DNA of 64,000 nucleotides from Polyangiales bacterium (GTDB lineage Bacteria; Myxococcota_A; Polyangia; Polyangiales; JADJQN01): NCBI GenBank assembly GCA_964202905.1, contig CAXNJO010000002.1, positions 224,001 to 288,000 of the forward strand, read 5' to 3'. Shown piece by piece: positions 21,962 to 33,775 of this stretch (position 1 is its first letter; each line of letters starts with the position of its first letter). The notes under the pieces were generated by a model. It saw only the letters and a program-made list of their open reading frames with translations, ran no database searches and was not told where the DNA came from. The position numbers and the translations under genes were made by a program.

Positions 21962-24900
21962 TCAGCAGAACAGGGCATACCCCCAACAGTCATAGTAGAC
22001 CTCGCCCGAGCAAGCGCTGGAGCATCCCGAATCGCAGGGGATGGGCGCGTCGCAAAAGCCGGCCGTCACGGGCGAGGTCGACCAGACGTTGCCGCTGCAG
22101 TACTGCACGATGTAGTTGGTGCCGGCGCCGCAGCCGTTGTCGCAAGAGCCGGTCGGCAGGTAGCGGGTATCGCCGCTCGTGCATTCGGACGGGCGCGACG
22201 CGCTCAGGGTGTAGGAACCGCTGCCGCACGAGGGGAGGGCGCCCGCGGGGCGGACGCGAACGTAGAGCGTCTCGTTCCAGGGCTCGAAGTGCGCGCGGTA
22301 GGTGGTGGGGTACGTGCCGTAGTTCGACTGGTCGTCGCGCTGCGAGTAGCTCGTCACGCCGAGGTGGCTGCCCGAGCCGCACAACACGCCGGTGCCACCA
22401 CAGTCGGCGTAGACGTCCATCACGGCGTTGCCACTCAGCGAGAGCGTGGCGACACCCGGTCCCGGACGGAACGACGGGAAGCGCACGATGATCCAGTCCT
22501 CGGTGTTGGAACCGCACCCGACGGGGAAGAACTGCCCGGTGAAGCCCGCGCTCCCGTCGACGAAGACCGAGCCGAGGTCGCCGCCGCCGCACGCGTTCGA
22601 CGCCGTCCCGTCGTTGCCGCACTCGCAGCCGTTCGCGACCGTCGCGTCGACGTCGCAGTACGTCGCGCTGCACGTGCCGATCGCGCACGAGGTGCTGCTG
22701 CCATCGCACTGGTAGGTGGAGACGTTCGCGAGCCCGGAGCAGGCGCTGATCGGCGAGCCGCCCGCGAACACGCGCGCGTCGCTCGGGCAGCCTGCGCTAC
22801 CGCCCGTGCAGTTCTCGGCCGGATCGCACGGGCCCGCCGACACGCGGCACGTGAGGCCCGAGCCCGCGAACACGTCACCGGGACACGCGGGCCCGGCGCC
22901 CGTGCAGGATTCGCCCACGTCGCAGACGCCGGCGCCCCCCCGACACGAGACGCCTGCCGCGACGTAGCCGTTGCCCGGACACGCGTTCGAGGCGCCGCTG
23001 CACGCCTCCGCCACGTCGCACACGTCGCTCGCGGCGCGGCACACGGTGCCACCCGCCGCGAAGCCGTCGGCCGGGCACGCGGCCGCCCCACCCGTGCACG
23101 TCTCGGCCACGTCGCAGCCCCCGGCCACGGCCACGCGGCACTGCGTCGCGGAGCTCACGAAGACGTTGGTCGGGCAGGCGTTCGCCACGCCGTCGCACGC
23201 CTCCGCGACGTCGCACACGCCCGCGGACGCGCGGCACTCCGTGCCCGCCGCGATCTTCGAGTCGGACGGACACGCGCCGCTGCTGCCCGTGCACGCCTCG
23301 GCCGCGTCGCACACGTCCGCCGCCGCGCGGCACGACGTGCCACCCGCCACGAACGCATCCACGGGGCACGCGTTCGACGCGCCGTTGCACGACTCGGCCA
23401 CGTCGCACACGCCCGACGCTGATCGGCACGACGTGCCCGCCGCGACCTTCGCGTCCGGAGGGCACGCGTTCGACGCGCCCGTGCACGTCTCGGCCGCGTC
23501 GCACGCGCCCGCCGAGACGCGGCACGACGTGCCCGCGCCCGCGAACCCGTCCGCCGGGCACGCCGTCGACGCGCCATTGCACGCCTCGGCCACGTCGCAC
23601 GCGCCCGACGAGCCGCGGCACGACGTGCCCGCCGACACGAACACGTCCGCCGGACACGCCGCGCTCGACCCCGAGCACGTCTCCGCCGCGTCGCACGTGT
23701 CCACCGCCGAGCGACACACCGTCGCCGCGCTGCGGAACGTGTCGCTCGGGCACGTGAACGCCACGCCGTTGCACACCTCGCCCGTGTCGCAGATCCCCGC
23801 GGCCGCGCGGCACGACGTCCCAGCGGCCTTCGGGCCCGCCGACACGCACACCGGCGCGCCGCTCCCGCAGTCGATCACGCCGTTTTCACAGGCATTTCCG
23901 GTGCTGCACGCCGCGCCCGCCGTGCAGCCGATCGCGCACATGCCGACCAGGTCGCAGCTGCCGCCCGAGCACGTCGTCCCGCTCGGCTCGTACGCGTTCG
24001 TCGGACACGACGCGAGCGTGCCGTTGCACGTCTCCGCCACGTCGCACTCGCCCGCATCCGCGCGGCACACGACGCCGTTCGCCGCGAGCGCGTCCGCAGG
24101 GCAGCCCGCGCCCGCGCCCGTGCACGCCTCGGCCACGTCGCACACGCCCGCTGCCGTGCGGCACGTCGTCCCCGCCGACACGAACCCGTCCGCGGGACAC
24201 GACGCCCCGCCGCCCGTGCACGTCTCGGCCACGTCGCAGACGCCCGCCGAGCCGCGACACGACGTGCCCGCGCTCGCGAAGCCGTCCGCAGGGCACGCGC
24301 CCGACGCGCCCGTGCACGCCTCGGCCACGTCACACACGCCCGACGCAGACCGGCACGACGTGCCCGCCGACACGAAGCCGTCCGCCGGACACGCGTTCGA
24401 CGCGCCGTTGCACGCCTCGGCCACGTCGCACACGCCCGACGCAGACCGGCACGACGTGCCCGCCGCGACCTTCGCGTCCACAGGACACGCGTTCGACGCG
24501 CCCGTGCAGGTCTCGGCCGCATCGCAGATCCCCGTCGCGCCGCGACACACGGTGGCCGCGCTCGCGAAGCCGTCCGCGGGGCACGCGCCAGCGAGTCCCG
24601 TGCACGCCTCGGCCGCGTCGCAGACACCCGCCGACGCGCGGCACGCAGTGCCCGCCGCGACGAGGGTGTCCGTGGGGCACGTCGGCCCCGCGCCGCTGCA
24701 GGCCTCCGCGACGTCGCACGTCCCGGCCGCGCCGCGGCACGTGGTGCCGGCCGCGGCGTAACCGTCCGCCGGACACGCGAACGCCGCACCGTCACACGTC
24801 TCGGCGACATCGCAGGCGCCGCCGGACGCGCGGCATACGGCGCCCGCGAGCGCGGGCGCGTCCGCGGGGCACGTCGCGCTCGCGCCCGAGCACGTCTCCG

Positions 24901-27900
24901 CCGCGTCGCAGCCGCCGCCGCTCGCGCGGCACACGGTCCCGACCGACGCGAAGCCGTCCGCCGGGCAGACGGTGCTCGCGCCGTTGCAGACCTCGGCCGC
25001 GTCACACGGTCCGGCCGAGGCGCGGCACGAGGTCCCCGCCGTCGCGGGCCCGACGGCCACGCAGACCGGCGCGCCGGTGCCGCAGTCGATCTGGCCGCGC
25101 TCACAGGGGTTTCCGGTGCTGCACGACGCGCCTGCGGTGCAGGCGCCGCACGACCCGAGTCCGTCGCACGCGCCGATCGCGCAGGTCGTCCCCGCCGGCG
25201 CGAGGGCGTCCGCGGGGCACGACGGCGAGGCGCCGCTGCAGTTCTCGCCGACGTCGCACTCCCCGGCCGCAGCGCGGCACACGACGCTGATGGGCGCGAG
25301 CGCGTCCGACGGACATGCGCCGCCGATTCCGTCGCACGTCTCGGCGGGATCGCAGGGCCCGGTCGAGGCGCGACACGCGACGCCGCCGACCGCGACTCGG
25401 TCCGCCGGACACGACGCAGCGCTGCCCGTGCAGGACTCGGCCACGTCGCACGCACCGCTCGCGGCGCGACACGGCGTCGCCGGCGGCGCGAGCGCGTTCG
25501 CGGGGCACGCGGGGCTCGCCCCGGTGCACGACTCGGCCACGTCACAGGGACCGGCCGACGCGCGGCACGCGACGCCCGCCGCGGCGAGGCCGTCCGCCGG
25601 GCAGACGGGGCTCGCGCCGGTGCACGACTCCTGCGCGTCGCACACGTCGACCGCGGCCCGGCACGCGGTCGACGGCGGCGCGAGCGCATCGGACGGGCAC
25701 ATGACGCCGACGCCGTCACACGTTTCCGCGACGTCGCACAGCCCGGCCGCCGCGCGGCAGGTGGTGCCCGCCGCGACGGGCCCCGCGGCGACGCACGCGG
25801 GGGCGCCGGTGCCGCAGTCGATCACGCCGCGCTCGCAAGCGTTCCCAGTCGCGCAGGGGGCGCCCGCGACACACGCGTTGCAGAGACCGAGCCCGTCGCA
25901 GGCGCCGCCGGGACACGTCGTGCCGGCCGCCGCGGACAGGTCCGCGCCGCACGCCGGCGACGCGCCCGTGCATGCCTCGGGCGCATCGCAGGCGTCGACG
26001 CCCGCGCGGCACGCGGTCCCCGCGCCGGCGTACACATCCGCCGGACACGCGGCGCCCGCGCCAGTGCAGGTCTCGGCCGCGTCGCAGAGCCCCGCGGATG
26101 CGCGACAGACCGTCGACGGCGGCTCGAACCCGTCGGCCGGACACGCCGCGCCGACGCCGGTGCATGCCTCCCCGACGTCGCACGGCCCGGAGGCCGCACG
26201 GCACGCGACACCGGCCGCGGCGAACGCGTCCGCCGGACACGTCGGGGACGCGCCGGTGCAGGACTCCGCGGCGTCGCAAGCGCCCGCGCTCGCGCGGCAC
26301 TCGAGGCCGGGCGCGGCGTAGCCGTCGGCGGGGCAGGCGAAGGTCGCGCCGTCGCAGACCTCGGCCGCGTCGCACGCCCCCGCGCTCGCGCGGCACGACG
26401 TCCCGGCGACCGCCGGCGCGTCCGCGGGACACGCCACGCCGAGCCCGGTACACGCCTCCGCGGCGTCACACCCGCCGACGCTGGGGCGGCACGTGGTGCC
26501 GGGCGTCGCGAACCCGTCCGCCGGGCAGACCGTGCTCGCGCCGTCACACGCTTCGGCCGCGTCACACGGCCCGGTCGCCGCGCGGCAGGACGTGCCCGCG
26601 ACCGCCGGGCCGACGGCGATGCACACGGCCGCGCCCGTGCTGCAAGCGATCTGCCCGCGCTCGCAGGGATTGCCGGTGCTGCACGGCGCGCCCGTCGTGC
26701 ACGCCGCGCAGCCGCCGAGTCCGTCACACGCGCCGAGGCTGCACACCGTGCCCGCGGCGGCCAGGCCATCGGCGGGGCAGAGCGGCGAGCCGCCCGTGCA
26801 GGACTCCGCCGCATCGCACTCGCCGGCCGCGACGCGGCACGCGACGCTCGCGGCCGCGAGCACGTCGGCGGGGCACACCGCGGTCGCGCCGTCGCACGAC
26901 TCGGCGAGGTCGCACGCACCGGCCGGGCCGCGGCACACCGTCCCGCCGGACGCGACGCCGTCCGCGGGGCATGCCGCCGCGACGCCCGTGCACGACTCGG
27001 CGGCGTCGCACGGACCGGCCGCCGCGCGGCAGGCCGTCGCCGCCGACGCGAACACGTCGGGGCACGCGGCGTCGCTGCCCGAGCACACATCCGGCAGGTC
27101 GCAGGCGTCGACCGCACCGCGGCACACGGCGCCCGCCGGCGAGAGACCGTCCGCGGGGCACGTCGCGCTCACGCCGGTGCATGCCTCAGGGAGATCGCAC
27201 GGCGCGCTCGCCGCGCGGCACGCGAGGGTCGGGGGCGCGTAGCCGTCGACCGGACAGCCGATCGCGGAGCCGTCGCACACCTCGTCGAGATCGCAGACGC
27301 CGGCCGCCGCACGGCACACCGTGCCGGCCGCGACGGGCCCGGCCCCGACACACACCGCCGCGCCCGACGAACAGTCGAAAGCCCCGATTTCACAAGCATT
27401 TCCGGTGCTGCACGGCGCGCCCGCGGTGCACGGAGCGCAGCCGCCGAGTCCGTCGCACGCGCCCGCCGGGCACACGCTGCCCGCCGCCACGAACGTGTCC
27501 GCGGGGCAGCTCGCCGCGACGCCGTCGCACACCTCGCCGACGTCGCACGCGTCGACCGCGCCCCGGCACGCCGTCCCCGCGGCCGCCACTCCGTCCGCGG
27601 GACACGCGGTGCTCGCGCCGTCACAGACCTCGGGCGCATCGCACGGACCGACCGACGCACGGCACGCGGTGCCGACCGCCTCGGGCCCGGCCGCGACGCA
27701 CACAGGACTGCCGCTGCCGCAGTCGATCACGCCGCGCTCGCAGACGTTACCCGTCGCGCAGGGCGCGCCCGCCGCGCAGCCGGGCGTGCACACGCCGCCC
27801 GCCGCGCAGTAACCGAGCGAGCACGCGGCGCCGAGCGCCGCCGGAGCGTCCGCCGGGCACGCGGACCCGACACCGCTGCACGTCTCGGCCGCGTCGCACT

Positions 27901-29392
27901 CGCCCGCGCTCGCGCGGCACGACACGGTCGCCCCCGCGAAGCCGTCGGCCGGGCAGACACTCGCGGCCCCATCGCACACCTCGGCGACGTCGCACGCATC
28001 GACCGCGGCACGGCAGGGCGTGCCCGCGATCTCGGGGCCGTCCGCGACGCAGACCGGCGCACCGCTCCCGCAGTCGATGCGGCCACGCTCGCACGCGTCG
28101 CCCGTGCTGCACGGCGCGCCGGCCGTGCAGGTGATCACGCACGCGCCCGACGCGTCGCAGGCGCCGCCCGGGCAGGGCGTGCCGACGGACGCACGCGCAT
28201 CGACGGGACACGCGCTCGCTGCGCCGTCGCAGCGCTCGGTCACGTCGCACGGGTTCGCGGACGCGCGGCACACGGCGCCCGAGGGCGCGACGCCCCCGGC
28301 GACGCACACGGGCGTACTCCCCATGCACGCGGTGCGGCCCGCGCCACATGAGTCGGGCACCACGCACGGGTCACCCGCGATGCAGGTCGTGCACCCGGTC
28401 GCGCTGCACGCGAGGCCCACGCCGCACGCCGTCCCAGGCGCCAGGTCCTCGACCGCGACGCACACGCCCGCGCCTCCAGCGCCGCAGTCGAGACGCCCGG
28501 TGCTGCACGGGTTCCCCGTGTCGCAGGTCGCGCCCTCGACGCACACGCTGCAGGTGCTCGCGCCGCCGCACACGCCTGCGCTGCCGCACGTCGTCCCGGG
28601 CGGCACGTCGTCGACCGCGATGCAAACGGGACTCCCCGAGCCGCAGTCCACGCGCCCGGTCGAGCACGGGTTCCCCGTGTCGCAGACCGCGCCATCGGTG
28701 CACACGCTGCACGCGCCGCCACCGCCGCACGCGAGGCCCGCGCCGCAGCCGACGCCGACCGGGTAGTCGTCCACCGCCACGCACACCGACCCGCCGGTGC
28801 TGCAGTCGATCTGGCCGCTCGTGCACGGGTTCCCCGTGTCGCAGACGACGCCGGGGAGGCACTCACTGCACGTGCCGCCCGGGCCGCAGACGCCGACCGT
28901 CCCGCACATCGCCACGGGGGCCGTGCTGAAGTCCGGGATGCAGAGCGGCGCGCCCGTGCCGCAGTCGATGAAGCCCGTCGCGCAGGGGTTGCCCGTGTCG
29001 CAGACGGTGCCCGGCACGCAGGTGCCGCAGCCACCGGCCCCATCGCAGCGCTCGCCGCCCGGACCGCACGACGTGCCCGCGGGCGCGAACGCCCCCGTGT
29101 CGACGCACGTCGGCGTCGGACCGCACCGCACCGCGCCGAGGTGACAAGGCGCGCCGATCGGCGCGCACGTCTCGCCCTCGAGACAGACCCCGTCGCCCGA
29201 GGCGTCCACCGGCAGGCCGATGTCCGTGACCGGCCCCGCGTCTCCCCGGCAGAAGATGCTGTCCGAGCGCCCCGGCGGGCAGCCCTCCGACTCACAGCCC
29301 GCGAGCAGCGCCACCAGCGCCCCGGCAGCGAGCGCCGGCCACCCGAGGCGAACGAGTCGGACGGCGCGCGGCGCGGCGGAGTTGGACGTCAC
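21962..29392 (-). CDS. Giant Cys-rich lipoprotein with 46 disintegrin-like repeats and a C-terminal beta-sandwich domain
   Basis: Uninterrupted ~2,480-codon ORF with lipobox LLAGC and the repeated module CRxxxxxCDxxExCxGxxxxCPxD. Start is either GTG 29398 or GTG 29392. Confidence 0.85.
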   Translation of the reverse strand: MTSNSAAPRAVRLVRLGWPALAAGALVALLAGCESEGCPPGRSDSIFCRGDAGPVTDIGLPVDASGDGVCLEGETCAPIGAPCHLGAVRCGPTPTCVDTGAFAPAGTSCGPGGERCDGAGGCGTCVPGTVCDTGNPCATGFIDCGTGAPLCIPDFSTAPVAMCGTVGVCGPGGTCSECLPGVVCDTGNPCTSGQIDCSTGGSVCVAVDDYPVGVGCGAGLACGGGGACSVCTDGAVCDTGNPCSTGRVDCGSGSPVCIAVDDVPPGTTCGSAGVCGGASTCSVCVEGATCDTGNPCSTGRLDCGAGGAGVCVAVEDLAPGTACGVGLACSATGCTTCIAGDPCVVPDSCGAGRTACMGSTPVCVAGGVAPSGAVCRASANPCDVTERCDGAASACPVDARASVGTPCPGGACDASGACVITCTAGAPCSTGDACERGRIDCGSGAPVCVADGPEIAGTPCRAAVDACDVAEVCDGAASVCPADGFAGATVSCRASAGECDAAETCSGVGSACPADAPAALGAACSLGYCAAGGVCTPGCAAGAPCATGNVCERGVIDCGSGSPVCVAAGPEAVGTACRASVGPCDAPEVCDGASTACPADGVAAAGTACRGAVDACDVGEVCDGVAASCPADTFVAAGSVCPAGACDGLGGCAPCTAGAPCSTGNACEIGAFDCSSGAAVCVGAGPVAAGTVCRAAAGVCDLDEVCDGSAIGCPVDGYAPPTLACRAASAPCDLPEACTGVSATCPADGLSPAGAVCRGAVDACDLPDVCSGSDAACPDVFASAATACRAAAGPCDAAESCTGVAAACPADGVASGGTVCRGPAGACDLAESCDGATAVCPADVLAAASVACRVAAGECDAAESCTGGSPLCPADGLAAAGTVCSLGACDGLGGCAACTTGAPCSTGNPCERGQIACSTGAAVCIAVGPAVAGTSCRAATGPCDAAEACDGASTVCPADGFATPGTTCRPSVGGCDAAEACTGLGVACPADAPAVAGTSCRASAGACDAAEVCDGATFACPADGYAAPGLECRASAGACDAAESCTGASPTCPADAFAAAGVACRAASGPCDVGEACTGVGAACPADGFEPPSTVCRASAGLCDAAETCTGAGAACPADVYAGAGTACRAGVDACDAPEACTGASPACGADLSAAAGTTCPGGACDGLGLCNACVAGAPCATGNACERGVIDCGTGAPACVAAGPVAAGTTCRAAAGLCDVAETCDGVGVMCPSDALAPPSTACRAAVDVCDAQESCTGASPVCPADGLAAAGVACRASAGPCDVAESCTGASPACPANALAPPATPCRAASGACDVAESCTGSAASCPADRVAVGGVACRASTGPCDPAETCDGIGGACPSDALAPISVVCRAAAGECDVGENCSGASPSCPADALAPAGTTCAIGACDGLGSCGACTAGASCSTGNPCERGQIDCGTGAPVCVAVGPATAGTSCRASAGPCDAAEVCNGASTVCPADGFASVGTVCRASGGGCDAAETCSGASATCPADAPALAGAVCRASGGACDVAETCDGAAFACPADGYAAAGTTCRGAAGTCDVAEACSGAGPTCPTDTLVAAGTACRASAGVCDAAEACTGLAGACPADGFASAATVCRGATGICDAAETCTGASNACPVDAKVAAGTSCRSASGVCDVAEACNGASNACPADGFVSAGTSCRSASGVCDVAEACTGASGACPADGFASAGTSCRGSAGVCDVAETCTGGGASCPADGFVSAGTTCRTAAGVCDVAEACTGAGAGCPADALAANGVVCRADAGECDVAETCNGTLASCPTNAYEPSGTTCSGGSCDLVGMCAIGCTAGAACSTGNACENGVIDCGSGAPVCVSAGPKAAGTSCRAAAGICDTGEVCNGVAFTCPSDTFRSAATVCRSAVDTCDAAETCSGSSAACPADVFVSAGTSCRGSSGACDVAEACNGASTACPADGFAGAGTSCRVSAGACDAAETCTGASNACPPDAKVAAGTSCRSASGVCDVAESCNGASNACPVDAFVAGGTSCRAAADVCDAAEACTGSSGACPSDSKIAAGTECRASAGVCDVAEACDGVANACPTNVFVSSATQCRVAVAGGCDVAETCTGGAAACPADGFAAGGTVCRAASDVCDVAEACSGASNACPGNGYVAAGVSCRGGAGVCDVGESCTGAGPACPGDVFAGSGLTCRVSAGPCDPAENCTGGSAGCPSDARVFAGGSPISACSGLANVSTYQCDGSSTSCAIGTCSATYCDVDATVANGCECGNDGTASNACGGGDLGSVFVDGSAGFTGQFFPVGCGSNTEDWIIVRFPSFRPGPGVATLSLSGNAVMDVYADCGGTGVLCGSGSHLGVTSYSQRDDQSNYGTYPTTYRAHFEPWNETLYVRVRPAGALPSCGSGSYTLSASRPSECTSGDTRYLPTGSCDNGCGAGTNYIVQYCSGNVWSTSPVTAGFCDAPIPCDSGCSSACSGEVYYDCWGYALFC
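22778..28270 (-). repeat. Intragenic array of ~96-bp (32-aa) repeats interrupted by seven ~52-aa Cys-rich spacer modules
   Basis: 46 units counted in the translation; block sizes 1,2,2,6,7,6,11,11. Confidence 0.9.
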
Positions 29393-29467
29393 CCGCACAG
29401 GCTACACGGGGCGGTCCCGCCGGTTCAATCCCCTGCCGCCCCTTCCGGGACGAGGTCGCCGGGAGAC

Positions 29468-31660
29468 CTACGGCGCAGCCGGCGCGGCGATCTCGGACAT
29501 CCCCGCGCGCCAGCTCTCGAAGAAGTGCAGCATCTGCCGCTGCGCGGCGTCGACGGGGTTGTCGATCGCCACGCTCGGCGAGGCGTCCGTGAAGGGCGGC
29601 ACGACGGGGTGCTCGACGTCCGCGGAGCCGCGCCGGGACGTGAGCATCCCGTGCGAGGCGGGCGTGAACACGGCGAGGCCGCGCGTCGCCATCGTGGCCG
29701 CGTCACCGAGGGCGACGTTGGCGCGCGCGGGAAACATGCCGGTCGCGAGGTCGGCGTAGCGCGGGGACGCGCCGAGCATCGGGATCCGCGCGGCCCGCGC
29801 GAGCGATTCGGTGCCGACGTTGTGGAGGCTCTCGTCGTCGAGGGCCATCTGCATCAGCACGTCGACGTCGCGCTCGCGGAGCGCGCGCGCATACCCGATC
29901 GAGTCGCCGCGATCGAAGAGCGTCTGCCACACGGACGACTGCTCGTAGAAGTACGCAGGGTCGTTCGGGTCGGTCGCGATGCCGCCGCGGAGCCCGAAGC
30001 GCTGAAGCAGAATCGGGAGGTACGACGTCGCATACGCCGGGCTCGTCGTCACGAAGCGCACGATGCTGCCGCCCGTGACGTTGAGCATCGCGGCGCCGAC
30101 GTCGGGCTCCATCGCGGCGAACATCGTGCCGATGATGCCACCCAGCGAGATGCCCACGAACGCCACGCGCGAGGGCGCGAAGCCGAGCGTCGAGAGGCCC
30201 GGATCCGCGCTGCGCACCGCGCTCAGGTCGCCGCTGCGCATCGTGTGCGTCACGGCCATGAGGTCGACGACCGCCTGCCGGAGCGCGTCTCGGAAGTAGA
30301 GCGGCGAGAAGGCGACGAGCTCGCCGTCCTCGTCCGAGATCCCCGTGAAGTCGAGGACGACGCCCGTGCCCGTCGCGTCCCCGAAGCCGTCGGGCGTCGC
30401 CTCGCCGGTGAAGCCGTTCTCGAAGTCCGGCGCGGTGCCGGCCGCGCGCAGGCCGTGGTACGGCGCGTCGATCGCGACGACCGCCCAGCCCGCCTCGGCG
30501 CATGCGTCGACGAGGCCGAGCGCGTTCCCGCGGTTGCCGCCGAGCCCGTGCTGGAAGACGATCAGCGGCAGCGCGGAGATATCCGTGGCTTCCGGCACGA
30601 AGAGCGTGAAGGGCACGTCCTCGGTGCGCTTGACGACGAGCGCGCCCGCCATGTCGCGCTCGAAGCGCCCGTGCCGCGCGGGCCCCGGCGAGGCGAAACT
30701 CGGCGACGGAATCGTGCCGTGCACCATCGCGCGGACGTGCGTGTGCAGGACGCCGCCCGGCACGTCCGAGCCCGCGAGCGGGGACTCGGGCACGCCGAGG
30801 CGCGCGTCGAGGGCCGCCAGCCCGACGACGGCTTCGCGCACGGTCGCGAGCGGCGCCGCGACCTCGTGCACCACCCCGCGCGCGTCGCGAAGGTCGTCCG
30901 TCACCGTCTGCACGTGGAAGACCGCGAGCCCGACGACGCGGGTGCGGGGGACCCCGGACGACTCGAGCGTCGCGAGCACGGGCGCGTACTCGTTCCACGC
31001 CGCGGCCTCGACCGCGTCCGCGGGGCGCGCCACCGCGTCACGGATCGCCGCGAAGCGCGGGTGCGGCGCGAGCGGCTCGCCATCGGCGTCGCGCACGGCG
31101 TCCGTGAGGACGGCGGCGTACATCCCGCCCTCGCGCAGCGGGTGCCCGTCCGCGGGACGGAGGGCGAGCTGCGAGCGCGCCGCGATCCAGCGCGCCTCGA
31201 CGGGGACGCGCGCGAGCGGCGTGTCCGAGCCCGTGTCGACGTCGAGGAGGAACGCGCTCGCGTCCTCCGTGGCAGACGCCGCGGTCGTCGCCGGGAGCGA
31301 GGCGGCGTCGAGCGCGCCGCTGAAGGAGAAGTACACCGGGGACACCTGGCCGAAGCCATCCACCTCACGCAGCGTCGTGCGGAGAGACGCGAGGAAGTCG
31401 GCGTCGCCGCGGCCTCCCTCGCCGGGCACCGCGCTCACGTCGATGCGGCCCTCGGCGTTCCGGTAGAGGTCGTCGGGCCAGGGGATGTCACCCAGCGCCA
31501 TCGGCCCCGCGGCGAGCGCGAAGTCGGGCGTCGTCGCGGCGGGAGGCGGCGGCGTCCCGGCCTCGTCGTCGCCACACGCCGCGAGCGTGAAGGCGAGCGC
31601 GCCGAGCGGGAGTGCGCGGAGGGAAAACGAAGTTCGAAGCGAAGTGCGGGCGTGGTTCAT
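29468..31660 (-). CDS. Lipoprotein alpha/beta hydrolase (extracellular lipase-like) with N-terminal Ig-like region
   Basis: Lipobox LAAC-GDDE, IPWPDD, IVFQHGLGG, AIDAPYHG, nucleophile elbow GISLG, late SHG. Confidence 0.8.
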   Translation of the reverse strand: MNHARTSLRTSFSLRALPLGALAFTLAACGDDEAGTPPPPAATTPDFALAAGPMALGDIPWPDDLYRNAEGRIDVSAVPGEGGRGDADFLASLRTTLREVDGFGQVSPVYFSFSGALDAASLPATTAASATEDASAFLLDVDTGSDTPLARVPVEARWIAARSQLALRPADGHPLREGGMYAAVLTDAVRDADGEPLAPHPRFAAIRDAVARPADAVEAAAWNEYAPVLATLESSGVPRTRVVGLAVFHVQTVTDDLRDARGVVHEVAAPLATVREAVVGLAALDARLGVPESPLAGSDVPGGVLHTHVRAMVHGTIPSPSFASPGPARHGRFERDMAGALVVKRTEDVPFTLFVPEATDISALPLIVFQHGLGGNRGNALGLVDACAEAGWAVVAIDAPYHGLRAAGTAPDFENGFTGEATPDGFGDATGTGVVLDFTGISDEDGELVAFSPLYFRDALRQAVVDLMAVTHTMRSGDLSAVRSADPGLSTLGFAPSRVAFVGISLGGIIGTMFAAMEPDVGAAMLNVTGGSIVRFVTTSPAYATSYLPILLQRFGLRGGIATDPNDPAYFYEQSSVWQTLFDRGDSIGYARALRERDVDVLMQMALDDESLHNVGTESLARAARIPMLGASPRYADLATGMFPARANVALGDAATMATRGLAVFTPASHGMLTSRRGSADVEHPVVPPFTDASPSVAIDNPVDAAQRQMLHFFESWRAGMSEIAAPAAP

Positions 31661-31745
31661 GGGTGCGGGCGGTCAAGGTTCCACGGAAGGACAAGCCCGG
31701 CAATCACGGTCCGCGCGTCCCCCGCGCGGGCGGGGGGACGCGGCT

Positions 31746-31774
31746 TTGACCTGATGATCCGCGGCGGCTAGAGT
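31746..31774 (+). promoter_or_regulatory. Putative sigma70-type promoter of the kinase gene
   Basis: TTGACC-N17-TAGAGT, about 50 nt upstream of the ATG at 31823. Confidence 0.6.
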
Positions 31775-31822
31775 CGCGAGGATTTTTCTGGCGGCTCGCG
31801 CGTCGAAGGCGCCTCGGGGACC

Positions 31823-33775
<1,953 letters not shown>

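Noticed and set aside
22778..28270. Regularly spaced DNA repeats that could suggest a CRISPR array
   Set aside because: The units are degenerate, in frame, vary at synonymous positions and encode a protein repeat; there are no unique spacers and no cas genes.
29230..29250. CRGD near the N-terminus of the disintegrin-repeat protein as an integrin-binding RGD
   Set aside because: It lies outside the repeats, next to the lipid anchor, and overlaps the common DAG linker motif; probably coincidental.
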